DNA from: a virus
DNA: 64,000 nucleotides
Virus record (IMG/VR): IMGVR_UViG_3300027861_000001
Coordinates: 85,054 to 149,053 of that record
Strand: one strand, 5' to 3'
Positions 30,839 to 39,343 of the stretch are shown one piece after another (position 1 is the stretch's first letter; every line of letters begins with the position of its first letter). The notes beneath the pieces were generated by a model. It saw only the letters and a list, made by a program, of their open reading frames with translations. It made no database searches and was not told where the DNA came from. The translations under genes and the position numbers were made by a program.

Positions 30839-31540
30839 CTACCAAGCTGTTTGCTTCGCTGTTACTATTATTGGAGCATGAAGTATCCTATCATCTTCCC
30901 CTACAAGAATAAGTGAATAACTAGCATTACCATGAAAGTTTACCGGTATACAACTAAATCCTTGGTCAAACCATGACATCGGTTTATTATACACGAAGTG
31001 TATCATTTCAGCAGCACGAAGATGACCAGAGTAAAGTCCTCTAACATTGTTTGTTAAATATTTATCACAACTACTGCTAGTTTTTATCCATATTGGGTGG
31101 TGTGAAAATATCAAATGAAATCTACCATCATAATTAAGACTTTCTTTCAACCATTTGTGTTGTTTCTTATCATAGTTTTCTAATGTCGCTCCCCAACCAA
31201 CAGAGAACTTACTTCCTAAGTATGAGGTATCTAAGAAGTTTAAACAGTAATTCTTTATACTTTTTGATTTGTAAGTACTGTCTCCGAAATACTGAGTCCA
31301 TAGCGTACCACAGTCGTGTTCGCCAGGGATAATAACTACCTCAGATTCAATTTTTTTAATAGATTTACTTGCAAGCTCGAACGATACCTCATCATCTTTA
31401 TCATGAACAGTATCCCCTGCAATAATGACTAAATCTACTTCGTCTTTATTTATTCTATCAACCATAAGGTCTAAATTATTTTTAAAAGGTTTGATATGCA
31501 AATCAGCAAGAAGTGCTAATTTAAATTTAATTTCATCCAT
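30839..31540 (-). CDS. Calcineurin-like metallophosphoesterase
   Basis: ADLH, AGDTVH, PGEHD (GNHD variant), SHHP, SGHLR. Confidence 0.88.
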   Translation of the reverse strand: MDEIKFKLALLADLHIKPFKNNLDLMVDRINKDEVDLVIIAGDTVHDKDDEVSFELASKSIKKIESEVVIIPGEHDCGTLWTQYFGDSTYKSKSIKNYCLNFLDTSYLGSKFSVGWGATLENYDKKQHKWLKESLNYDGRFHLIFSHHPIWIKTSSSCDKYLTNNVRGLYSGHLRAAEMIHFVYNKPMSWFDQGFSCIPVNFHGNASYSLILVGEDDRILHAPIIVTAKQTAW

Positions 31541-31560
31541 TGTTTACTCCTATCCTTTCC

Positions 31561-32043
31561 TTATTCCCAATCTTTTGTTTGCCCATAAAGGCGACCATAA
31601 GCTGGTCTTGCCAATTTTTTAGGTAATAACATGTTTAATTCATCTACATCGTCTTGAAGAGCCGAAGATCGCTGCTTAGCAGACTCAATATTAGAATAAG
31701 ATATTTCTTCATCTCTCCAACTCACAGCCGAACTAACCGACGAAAACTTCGAACCGCTTTTTATCATAATAGCAGCTTGAAGAACAATTGGTCTATTGTC
31801 TTGTCTTTGTATTACTGGTGGAGAAGAAAAATCAAAAGTAACTCCTGTCCCTGTATTTCGCAAAGCTACTCCATCATTATCAAGATAATATCTGTTAGAC
31901 CATCTTGGCATTAGCGCATTTACTGCGTGTCTTAAGATATTATGCAATAACTCATCAGTATACGTATACGGTTCAGTAGTATCACCTATGTGAACTCTAA
32001 GAGGTATCAAAATTTCCTCAAGATTTGATTGTGTAAAAGTCAT
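31561..32043 (-). CDS. Head-tail adaptor protein
   Basis: LRVHIGDT...YTDEL motif; downstream of the capsid gene. Confidence 0.65.
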   Translation of the reverse strand: MTFTQSNLEEILIPLRVHIGDTTEPYTYTDELLHNILRHAVNALMPRWSNRYYLDNDGVALRNTGTGVTFDFSSPPVIQRQDNRPIVLQAAIMIKSGSKFSSVSSAVSWRDEEISYSNIESAKQRSSALQDDVDELNMLLPKKLARPAYGRLYGQTKDWE

Positions 32044-32318
32044 TATATTGTGCCCTTAACCTCAATATATTTTCTATCTCGCTTAGTTTCAGTCCCAAGA
32101 ACATAATCAACATCAGCTATGTACCCACCTGTTGTGGTAGGTGCCCATAAGAAATAAGCATAAACACCAGAAACTGTAGCTTGTCCACTAGTAACCACAT
32201 CCTCAGTTGCAATATCATAAATAGTATAAACAGCTGATGATGGATTAGTTACTGAAGAAACCTCTGCCGAATCAGCAGAAGTTACGACAAACCTAGTTTC
32301 ACCTACATACCATATCAT
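32043..32318 (-). CDS. Small Ig-like virion protein
   Basis: 91 aa, beta-rich; AGGTAGGTG SD. Confidence 0.55.
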   Translation of the reverse strand: MIWYVGETRFVVTSADSAEVSSVTNPSSAVYTIYDIATEDVVTSGQATVSGVYAYFLWAPTTTGGYIADVDYVLGTETKRDRKYIEVKGTI

Positions 32319-32337
32319 ACTGACACCTACCTACAAA

Positions 32338-32901
32338 TTATATTGTTTTTACAGAGGTTGTACCATCGTCTACTGAGGTAACACCTGTAATATCACCACG
32401 CTCCTTTTCCTCAAGGTTTTCGGCTGCTTTTCTTATAAAAGTAACAGTTTTAATTGCTTTATTATCTTCTTCAGCAAGCACCAACAGTCTCCTAATTGGT
32501 GTTGATGAAGTGAACTCACCCACACTCTTTTTCATTTTTGGGTAAGGTTGTTTCAAAAGGTCTTTCAAGAAACCATCGCTAACGGCATTTGTCTCATCAA
32601 TCTCAACGTTATGTGTTTCTAATTGCATTAAATACCCGTTCTTAATAGCTCCTTTGTTTTTCTTCATGAAGAACTTTTCACCTTCCTCATCAAATATCTC
32701 CAATGTAATATCATCAATATCTGTTTCAGAATTATTTGGATCACCTTTTAAAATATATTCGTCAAGGTCACCTCTTTTGGTTAAGCAAAGTCCACTAACT
32801 GCCCCTTTGACTACTTTCCGATAAAATATCGGATACGTCTTATCGTTCATTTTATTTTCTCCTTTTAACTTTATTTTACATCGAAATTTTAATCCTCTCA
32901 C
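32338..32901 (-). CDS. Hypothetical protein (probable start MNDKTY near 32850)
   Basis: AGGAG SD before the internal ATG; follows the capsid terminator. Confidence 0.65.
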   Translation of the reverse strand: MRGLKFRCKIKLKGENKMNDKTYPIFYRKVVKGAVSGLCLTKRGDLDEYILKGDPNNSETDIDDITLEIFDEEGEKFFMKKNKGAIKNGYLMQLETHNVEIDETNAVSDGFLKDLLKQPYPKMKKSVGEFTSSTPIRRLLVLAEEDNKAIKTVTFIRKAAENLEEKERGDITGVTSVDDGTTSVKTI

Positions 32902-32940
32902 TCTTCCGATGTGTTAGATTTATATAATCTAACGTTTTAA

Positions 32941-32965
32941 AGGGGAGGAGAGTTACTCCTCCCCT
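32941..32965 (-). terminator. Hairpin terminator after the major capsid gene
   Basis: Perfect 10-bp stem AGGGGAGGAG/CTCCTCCCCT. Confidence 0.75.
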
Positions 32966-32971
32966 GAAAAA

Positions 32972-33904
32972 TTAGGCATCAGTTCTTATAATTACGATGT
33001 TGTCCATACCATCAAGAATCATACCAAACTGTTGATATATTCTTATATGCCATGTTGGAGGAGCAGTAGCCATTTCTGTCCACTGATCTTCTCTAACATC
33101 ACCATAAGTTATAAACTCACCAACGTTGTCTCCAATAACGCAAATCATATCGTCTTGTATTAACTTGTTTCTATCATATACGTTATCATAAATTTGCTCT
33201 AAAGCTACAAAGTTTGCACCATAGTAACCCCCAAACCAACCAGTTCTTCGAATTTCTTCTAAAGCTGATGGTACTGGAAGAGCACAAGTAGGTGAAGCAA
33301 TGTCAGCAGTTATTGGTAATCTATACCCAGCAAACTTAGTAATAGGAGCCAAGGCTGTTCTTCTACCAACTACGCTGCGAACACCGCCTGATACGTCAGC
33401 TATCTGATCGATAGCGTCTTCCAGAGCAGTTCGTGTTAGCGAGCTTGCGTAATAGAAATTGACTGAGTCATTGATTGTTGCCAATGTATACAATGCACCT
33501 ACTACTTTTGCTACATAGAAATCAGAAAGTTTAGCCATCATCTCTGCACGAATTGAATCGACTGTACCAATCTCTCCAGACTCTACTTCCCACTCATTAT
33601 GGGAAACTTCTGCATATGCTTGATCTAAGTTCCAAGTCACATTATCTTTGATTGTGATTTGACTTGCCAGTGTGTTCTGACCAGGAACCAACTGACGAAC
33701 CTCGATACCTCTTCGAACTTTCTTCACTAAAGCATCACCAGGTTTCAATGATCGTGTATTTAAAAACATTCCTACCACATCTCTCGATACGTGGTTAGGA
33801 TCGATATATTCCACAATCAACTCTGCCAAAGCTCGTCTATCGGTCTTAGCAACTTCGGCATAAGCTTCTTTAAATTTCTCCTGTTCCATTTTTTCACTCT
33901 CCAT
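32972..33904 (-). CDS. Major capsid protein (HK97 fold inferred)
   Basis: 310 aa; order protease-scaffold-decoration-MCP; flanked by hairpins; EEIRRTGWFGGYYGANFV motif. Confidence 0.85.
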   Translation of the reverse strand: MESEKMEQEKFKEAYAEVAKTDRRALAELIVEYIDPNHVSRDVVGMFLNTRSLKPGDALVKKVRRGIEVRQLVPGQNTLASQITIKDNVTWNLDQAYAEVSHNEWEVESGEIGTVDSIRAEMMAKLSDFYVAKVVGALYTLATINDSVNFYYASSLTRTALEDAIDQIADVSGGVRSVVGRRTALAPITKFAGYRLPITADIASPTCALPVPSALEEIRRTGWFGGYYGANFVALEQIYDNVYDRNKLIQDDMICVIGDNVGEFITYGDVREDQWTEMATAPPTWHIRIYQQFGMILDGMDNIVIIRTDA

Positions 33905-33943
33905 GTAGGGAGGGTTTTACCCCTCCCCACAAGTTAATTAAAT

Positions 33944-34504
33944 TTATTGACCAGTTTTAACGGTCAGTGTGGCGTTAGCTTGACTATACTCAAAAACAAC
34001 ACCAGTTTTCTCTGACGCTGTGGCTGTGTATGCCCACTTTCCACCTGCTTCGCATGTCACATAATTACCAACTGCTAAGTTATCGCTATAAGTAAAGCAA
34101 CCAGATGTAACAGCATAAATACCATCATCATAAGCTAGCATCAAAGCACCAGAAACGATTGTTTCCTCTTCTTTCAAGCGAGGTACAACCATTCTTAGTG
34201 TAACGTCAGCAGGAAGGTTCTCACTCCCCTCAATAAAACCACGTAATGTATACGGTTGAGAAGTTGTATTACCAGTTTCATCAAGCGTAGGAAGGGTTTC
34301 ATATAGCGGAGGTTTTTCGTTGTAAACTCTGAAAGCTGCCACGAAATGAGCATCGGTGTCTGCACCAGCAGTAGGAAGCAAAGCACCTTGAACTACGTCA
34401 GGCGAAGATTTTCCAAGGGCTGGTGTAAGTTTTACAGCGAGTCCTGCTACTATTGCTTGTTGTGCAACGCATGGGATAGCTGTTCCCTGTAATTTGATTT
34501 CCAT
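33944..34504 (-). CDS. Capsid decoration/cement protein
   Basis: Ala/Gly/Thr-rich beta protein between scaffold and MCP. Confidence 0.65.
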   Translation of the reverse strand: MEIKLQGTAIPCVAQQAIVAGLAVKLTPALGKSSPDVVQGALLPTAGADTDAHFVAAFRVYNEKPPLYETLPTLDETGNTTSQPYTLRGFIEGSENLPADVTLRMVVPRLKEEETIVSGALMLAYDDGIYAVTSGCFTYSDNLAVGNYVTCEAGGKWAYTATASEKTGVVFEYSQANATLTVKTGQ

Positions 34505-34539
34505 ATTTTCTTACCTCATATTAGTTGTTGACAACTAAT

Positions 34540-35187
34540 TTATTTTTCTTCTTTATGTTCTTGCAGTCCCTTTCTCAACCTATCAGTAGCGGTTCCTTCT
34601 TCATCAGAGCTGTCTGACTTGATTGGGGGAACTGTTATACTCGCCGATGCGCTTGCACCTTCTTTTTTCATCTCACTCATTTTATTTAAAGTGAATTCGA
34701 ATACCTCATCGGACATGGCAAGCCAGTTATCGTCACTTTCGAGATCAATATCAAGCTCTGCCTCCTCGACCTTTTGTTTTCTAGCAGCTAGAGTAGCTAC
34801 CCTCTTATCTTGCTCCTCTTTCATTGCTTCAATTGTTTCTTTGTATGTTTGAAGCTCCTTTACTGTTTCTTCGATTGCTACTTTTTCAGTTGTTACTGCT
34901 TCTGTTTGAGATACTTGAGCCTGAAGTTCACCCACTTTTTCGTCTAATTTGGCAACCGTAGACTCAAGTTTTGCTTTTGTTTCAGTCAATTCATCTCGCA
35001 GCACTTGAATTTCTTTCTCGTCCATATTTTTTACCTCTTCTTTAGCTTTTGCCTGTTCAGGGTCAAGCTCTTCTTCTATATTTTCTATCCTTTCCTCTGC
35101 TTCTGCTACAGCTAATTGGTTTCGTTCACTGAGAATCCCCCGAACTTCTTGTAATAAAAACTCAGTGTACTTCTTATTCGTCATCAT
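34540..35187 (-). CDS. Capsid scaffolding protein
   Basis: Acidic coiled coil between protease and capsid genes. Confidence 0.7.
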   Translation of the reverse strand: MMTNKKYTEFLLQEVRGILSERNQLAVAEAEERIENIEEELDPEQAKAKEEVKNMDEKEIQVLRDELTETKAKLESTVAKLDEKVGELQAQVSQTEAVTTEKVAIEETVKELQTYKETIEAMKEEQDKRVATLAARKQKVEEAELDIDLESDDNWLAMSDEVFEFTLNKMSEMKKEGASASASITVPPIKSDSSDEEGTATDRLRKGLQEHKEEK

Positions 35188-35803
35188 GATTAGCCACCTC
35201 TTCTGCTAACGCAAGTTCAAGCTCTTTCAACTCTTTTGTAGGTAAACACTTCAACCATGTTGAACTGATTGTAAGAAGAGAAGTTCGACCCTCATAAGCA
35301 GGGTCTTGAACAGCTGTAATTGCTTTCGTAGTGGTATCTTTAAGCCATTCTACATCATCAGCTACTTCAGCTTCTCGGTAACGAATCTCCCAAGAAAAGT
35401 CTATTGCTCTTCCTTCGTTAACTTCGCTTTTAAAGTAGTCTATAATGTTAGGATACTCGTCTTTGTATAAAGCACCCTGAGCCACAAGCTTATTTCCGTC
35501 TCTTACTCCGTTTTTTATTAATCCAATAATGGTAGCATCAGCATGACCACCTAATCCAGCCTCTGAATCGAAATTCGCTTTAATCGGCATGAACTTCATT
35601 GACCTTAACAAATTATCAAATTCGTCTTGGCTTATACCTTGGCTATTGGCGTTTGGTTGATCATCAGTAAAAACTAGCTCTACTGGACTTAATAAGGGAT
35701 TAGTATACTCATCCCCAAGTTCAGCTGCTGCTGCTTTATCTAAAAAATTTAAACTTAAATTAAATTTGGCTTCTTTATCCATCGTACATCCTCCATCGAC
35801 CAA
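35174..35803 (-). CDS. Prohead maturation protease
   Basis: NANSQG, GH...IIG, FSWEI (catalytic Ser), DPAYEG motifs. Confidence 0.8.
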   Translation of the reverse strand: MVDGGCTMDKEAKFNLSLNFLDKAAAAELGDEYTNPLLSPVELVFTDDQPNANSQGISQDEFDNLLRSMKFMPIKANFDSEAGLGGHADATIIGLIKNGVRDGNKLVAQGALYKDEYPNIIDYFKSEVNEGRAIDFSWEIRYREAEVADDVEWLKDTTTKAITAVQDPAYEGRTSLLTISSTWLKCLPTKELKELELALAEEVANHDDE

Positions 35804-35846
35804 GTCACAGATTTGCTAAACTAGCACATACTATCCCTCTAGTATA

Positions 35847-35880
35847 TATAGTACATGTTCTGCCCCATAACGTCGCATTT
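35847..35880 (-). promoter_or_regulatory. Putative phage late promoter, copy 1: AAATGCGACGTTAT-N7-AACATGTACTATA
   Basis: Identical bipartite motif at 57182-57215; intergenic, upstream of the capsid genes. Confidence 0.7.
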
Positions 35881-35895
35881 TACGTACGTTGCATA

Positions 35896-36357
35896 CTATA
35901 CAGTTTTATACCCTCTAGTTATTATCCTCGTATCTTTCTTAGCTTCGGTTACTTCTTTCCAGTCTTCTACTTTTGTAACTTTAACTGAATTGCTCCAATC
36001 AAATGTAACAGCATCTTCTGTCATTTGATAAGGTACTTTGAAGTAATCATTTCCTTTGCTTATAATTACGTGTGTTTCAAAAACATCAGATATCCACATA
36101 GATGAGGTTAATTCTGGTTGTGGACGATTACTATCAAGTGCATCGTATATCTTCCTCTCAATCTCTCTAAGACTGGTTTCACTTATAGCCTCGCTAGTAC
36201 CTTTCTTTGAAAGTTGTACTTTGCAAATTGCTACTTTCTCTCCTTTAGTATAAGGTTTACCAGTACGTTTACTTTTTCCGCTTATACCACTAACGCACTT
36301 CTCCATCCACGTATTGTTTTTAGGTGTATCTAAATTTTTAGGTAATCCATAAGGCAT
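35896..36357 (-). CDS. Hypothetical head-region protein
   Basis: GGAGGAG SD; MPY...WMEKCV...AICK N-terminus; precedes the protease. Confidence 0.65.
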   Translation of the reverse strand: MPYGLPKNLDTPKNNTWMEKCVSGISGKSKRTGKPYTKGEKVAICKVQLSKKGTSEAISETSLREIERKIYDALDSNRPQPELTSSMWISDVFETHVIISKGNDYFKVPYQMTEDAVTFDWSNSVKVTKVEDWKEVTEAKKDTRIITRGYKTV

Positions 36358-36358
36358 A

Positions 36359-37273
36359 TTATTCTCCTCCGACTAGCCTCCAAAAGGCAATTATTTTTTC
36401 CTCGTCGTCCCTTGTTTCTATATTAAGTGTTGGGTACAATACCACCTCGTTACCTAATGCTGCACTATTGTCATTAAACGGTAGTGTGTAAGCCTCTTGA
36501 CCAAAGTCACCACCCCACTTCGCCAAATAAAATTCTCTGTTTTTCCTAAAGTATCCATGATGTTTATTTGTGTCTATTTGCTGTTCATGTATTGTCCTGC
36601 TCCAGAAATGAAAATACCACGAATTGCCTGAAGTACATGATTTTATGTCTCCTGAGTTTACTGCTCTTCGACAATAATCATTATCCGAGTAGTATGCGGG
36701 ATAAAAGTTAACATCAATATACCCCAACTTCTCCATTACAGACTTCTTATACAGTGTAAAATTGTGAACATCACCCATCGGTACTGGTTGTATGTCTACT
36801 TCTTCAGAGTGTTGATCAAACTTTTCCCAACACCTGTGATCTAAAGAAAGCGGACTGAAGCTATGCTCTGCAAAATATTGGTTACACTCAGGATAAGTAA
36901 TACATAAATCTCTAACATCTACTTGCTTGGCACATACCCACTCATAACCAGCGTCAGAAATTTCTATCATAGAAGCTATAGCATAAGGATAAACAATAGT
37001 ATCGTTACCCATAACTATTAAATTTTCATAGTCGTTCTCTTTCCATGCAAAATCGTACATATCATTTATTGAGTATGGAAATCCCTTATTATACTCATGA
37101 ACTACGTAACTTAATCCGTTTTGTTCGGCATAATCTATAGTCTCAACATCTGTATTTTTTCCTATTACCAAGAAAACATCACACGCATCTGATGTTTCAA
37201 ATACTGACTCTACTGCTAGTTTAGTAAAAGGAAAGTTACCAAACGCAGCTATCCCTACCAGCGTATTACGCAT
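36359..37273 (-). CDS. GT-A (GT2-like) glycosyltransferase
   Basis: NKGFPYSIN, GND (DxD variant), GYIDVNFYPAYYSDNDY, HFWSRT, YLAKWG. Confidence 0.88.
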   Translation of the reverse strand: MRNTLVGIAAFGNFPFTKLAVESVFETSDACDVFLVIGKNTDVETIDYAEQNGLSYVVHEYNKGFPYSINDMYDFAWKENDYENLIVMGNDTIVYPYAIASMIEISDAGYEWVCAKQVDVRDLCITYPECNQYFAEHSFSPLSLDHRCWEKFDQHSEEVDIQPVPMGDVHNFTLYKKSVMEKLGYIDVNFYPAYYSDNDYCRRAVNSGDIKSCTSGNSWYFHFWSRTIHEQQIDTNKHHGYFRKNREFYLAKWGGDFGQEAYTLPFNDNSAALGNEVVLYPTLNIETRDDEEKIIAFWRLVGGE

Positions 37274-38135
37274 AAATCTTCTCCATCTGTTCTTTTATAT
37301 CAGAAAAAACTAGTTGTAACTCAGTATTAGGAGACCAAACTTTGTTAGCAGGAAGTGTATTTACATACACGAAATGAGAGGCTATCCTCTTGTATGTAAA
37401 AGACATTATTGTTTTTGTCTCATCCATCCAAGTATCATAGTTCTGGCAAAATACCTGCGGACCTGAGTTTCTCCCTATTATAAGCTTACAACTTTTTCCT
37501 AAATAAGCTATTTCATTTAAATCAAACATTCCTTTATTTATTATATCACTAGTTGTGAACAGGTTGTCCTTTTCAAAATCCACTCCCTGCGTAACCACAA
37601 AAGTTATGTCTTTGTACTCATCACACAGCAAAGAAACTACTGCGTTTAAGTCAAAGTTCTCAGCTTGACATGATTGTACTGGACCGTTCGATATAAGAAC
37701 AATTTTTTCCCTGTCTTTTACAAACTTGTCTATAGTATCTGTTTTATAGTATTCAAAGTTAATTTTTGGTATGTAGTCATGCGGTTGATTAGGAAGAGTA
37801 CCCAACCCCAAAACACTCAACATATCACTATGCATCTCATATAATTTCTCTACAACACAACCTATTCCTGGTAAAACATATCTACCATCCCTACCTATCC
37901 AAGTATTTATGTAAATCGTGTCTTTGTCTATAACAAACATAGCCATAGAGTGCATAATCTCTGTCACTTCGATTGATGTTATATTTGGTATATCTTTAAT
38001 TATTTCTTTGTCTTTGCCGTGAGCATAGTAGAAAGAAGACGTTGGGAAGCACTTCATCCAGTACTTAACGAACTCTCTTGATTCATAAATATCTCCAGCC
38101 CCAAAATGATTATAAAAAACAACTTTATTCATCAC
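37266..38135 (-). CDS. GT-B glycosyltransferase, GT9/heptosyltransferase-like
   Basis: N-terminal GAGD and C-terminal IIGRNSGP, resembling the GT9 GD and GNDSGP motifs. Confidence 0.55.
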   Translation of the reverse strand: MMNKVVFYNHFGAGDIYESREFVKYWMKCFPTSSFYYAHGKDKEIIKDIPNITSIEVTEIMHSMAMFVIDKDTIYINTWIGRDGRYVLPGIGCVVEKLYEMHSDMLSVLGLGTLPNQPHDYIPKINFEYYKTDTIDKFVKDREKIVLISNGPVQSCQAENFDLNAVVSLLCDEYKDITFVVTQGVDFEKDNLFTTSDIINKGMFDLNEIAYLGKSCKLIIGRNSGPQVFCQNYDTWMDETKTIMSFTYKRIASHFVYVNTLPANKVWSPNTELQLVFSDIKEQMEKIYA

Positions 38136-38403
38136 TATATGTTTTGGATGTAGGACTTATAGTTTCTTCACCCAACCTTTTATCTATTGCTCTAATTAGA
38201 GCATTTCTTTTTGCGTTTAGTTCTTGAGCTTGCTTCGCTGCTACACATAATTCCTTATCACTAGCAGGGTTCATCACCACTTCCTGCGCCAGAAAGCACT
38301 TGATATCAACTGTACAAAGCTCGTCTAGGAGCATGCCGATGCTCTTAACTTCAATTTCGATTTTATCTTCCATTATTTTGCACCTGTTCATTAATCCAAG
38401 CAT
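38125..38403 (-). CDS. Small helical protein of the kind found in glycosyltransferase clusters (DUF4254-like; probable start 38373)
   Basis: SIGMLLDEL...IK...LNAKRNALIRAID pattern. Confidence 0.5.
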   Translation of the reverse strand: MLGLMNRCKIMEDKIEIEVKSIGMLLDELCTVDIKCFLAQEVVMNPASDKELCVAAKQAQELNAKRNALIRAIDKRLGEETISPTSKTYSDE

Positions 38404-39334
38404 ATGTTTTATTCATACCATCAACTAGTAGAGCAGTTGGTCTCCACCCTAACTTCTCTTCTATTAAAGCATTATCTGAGTTACGTCCTAATACACCTAA
38501 CGGACCTAGAATGTTTTTAATTACCAAAGTCTTACCTGATATATCAATAACCATCTTAGCTAAGTTGTTAATAGAAATCATCTCATCAGACCCAATGTTA
38601 ACTGGCCCAGTGAAGTCAGAATCCATCAACCTACGAACAGCTTCAAGGCACTCATCAATATAAAGGAATGACCTTGTTTGTGTCCCATCACCCCAAACCT
38701 CAATAGTCCCTCCATCATTAGTTTGAGCTACTTTTCTACACATAGCTGCTGGAGCTTTTTCCCTTCCACCGTCCCAAGTACCTAAGATTCCAAATATATT
38801 ATGAAACCTAGCAATTGCTACATTTAATCCGTAGTTCCTGTTATAAGCCAAATAAACCCTCTCACTGAACAACTTTTCCAACCCGTAGTCACTGTCTGGG
38901 TCAGCTGGATAAGCAGAGTCTTCCTTACAGTTAGGATTATCTGGGTCTAGTTGATTATATTGTGGATATACACAAGCCGAAGATGAAAAGAATACTTTTC
39001 CTACTTTAAACTCAGCACACAGCTTTGCTACGTTTAAATTTATCGTTGCTGAGTTATGTACGATGTCTGCATCGTTCTCACCGGTGAACACAAACCCAGC
39101 ACCACCCATATCGGCTGCTAGTTGGTATACTTCGTCATATTCACCACATTCAAATGCTTTATAACAAGCATTAAGGTGCCTTAAATCCCCTATAAAAAAT
39201 ACATCGGCTTTAGTGTGTTCATATTCTGGATATTTTATATCAACACCGACAACAAAGTAATCTCTCTCCTTTAAATAGTTAACTAAGTGATGTCCTATGA
39301 AACCACCAGCTCCGCAAACTAATGCCTTTCTCAT
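38363..39334 (-). CDS. GDP-mannose 3,5-epimerase-like extended SDR
   Basis: GAGGFIG, LAADMGGAGF, SSSACVYP, YGLEK, RFHNIFG, GGREKAPAAMCRK, GRNSDN. Confidence 0.9.
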   Translation of the reverse strand: MRKALVCGAGGFIGHHLVNYLKERDYFVVGVDIKYPEYEHTKADVFFIGDLRHLNACYKAFECGEYDEVYQLAADMGGAGFVFTGENDADIVHNSATINLNVAKLCAEFKVGKVFFSSSACVYPQYNQLDPDNPNCKEDSAYPADPDSDYGLEKLFSERVYLAYNRNYGLNVAIARFHNIFGILGTWDGGREKAPAAMCRKVAQTNDGGTIEVWGDGTQTRSFLYIDECLEAVRRLMDSDFTGPVNIGSDEMISINNLAKMVIDISGKTLVIKNILGPLGVLGRNSDNALIEEKLGWRPTALLVDGMNKTYAWINEQVQNNGR

Positions 39335-39343
39335 ATTTCCTCC

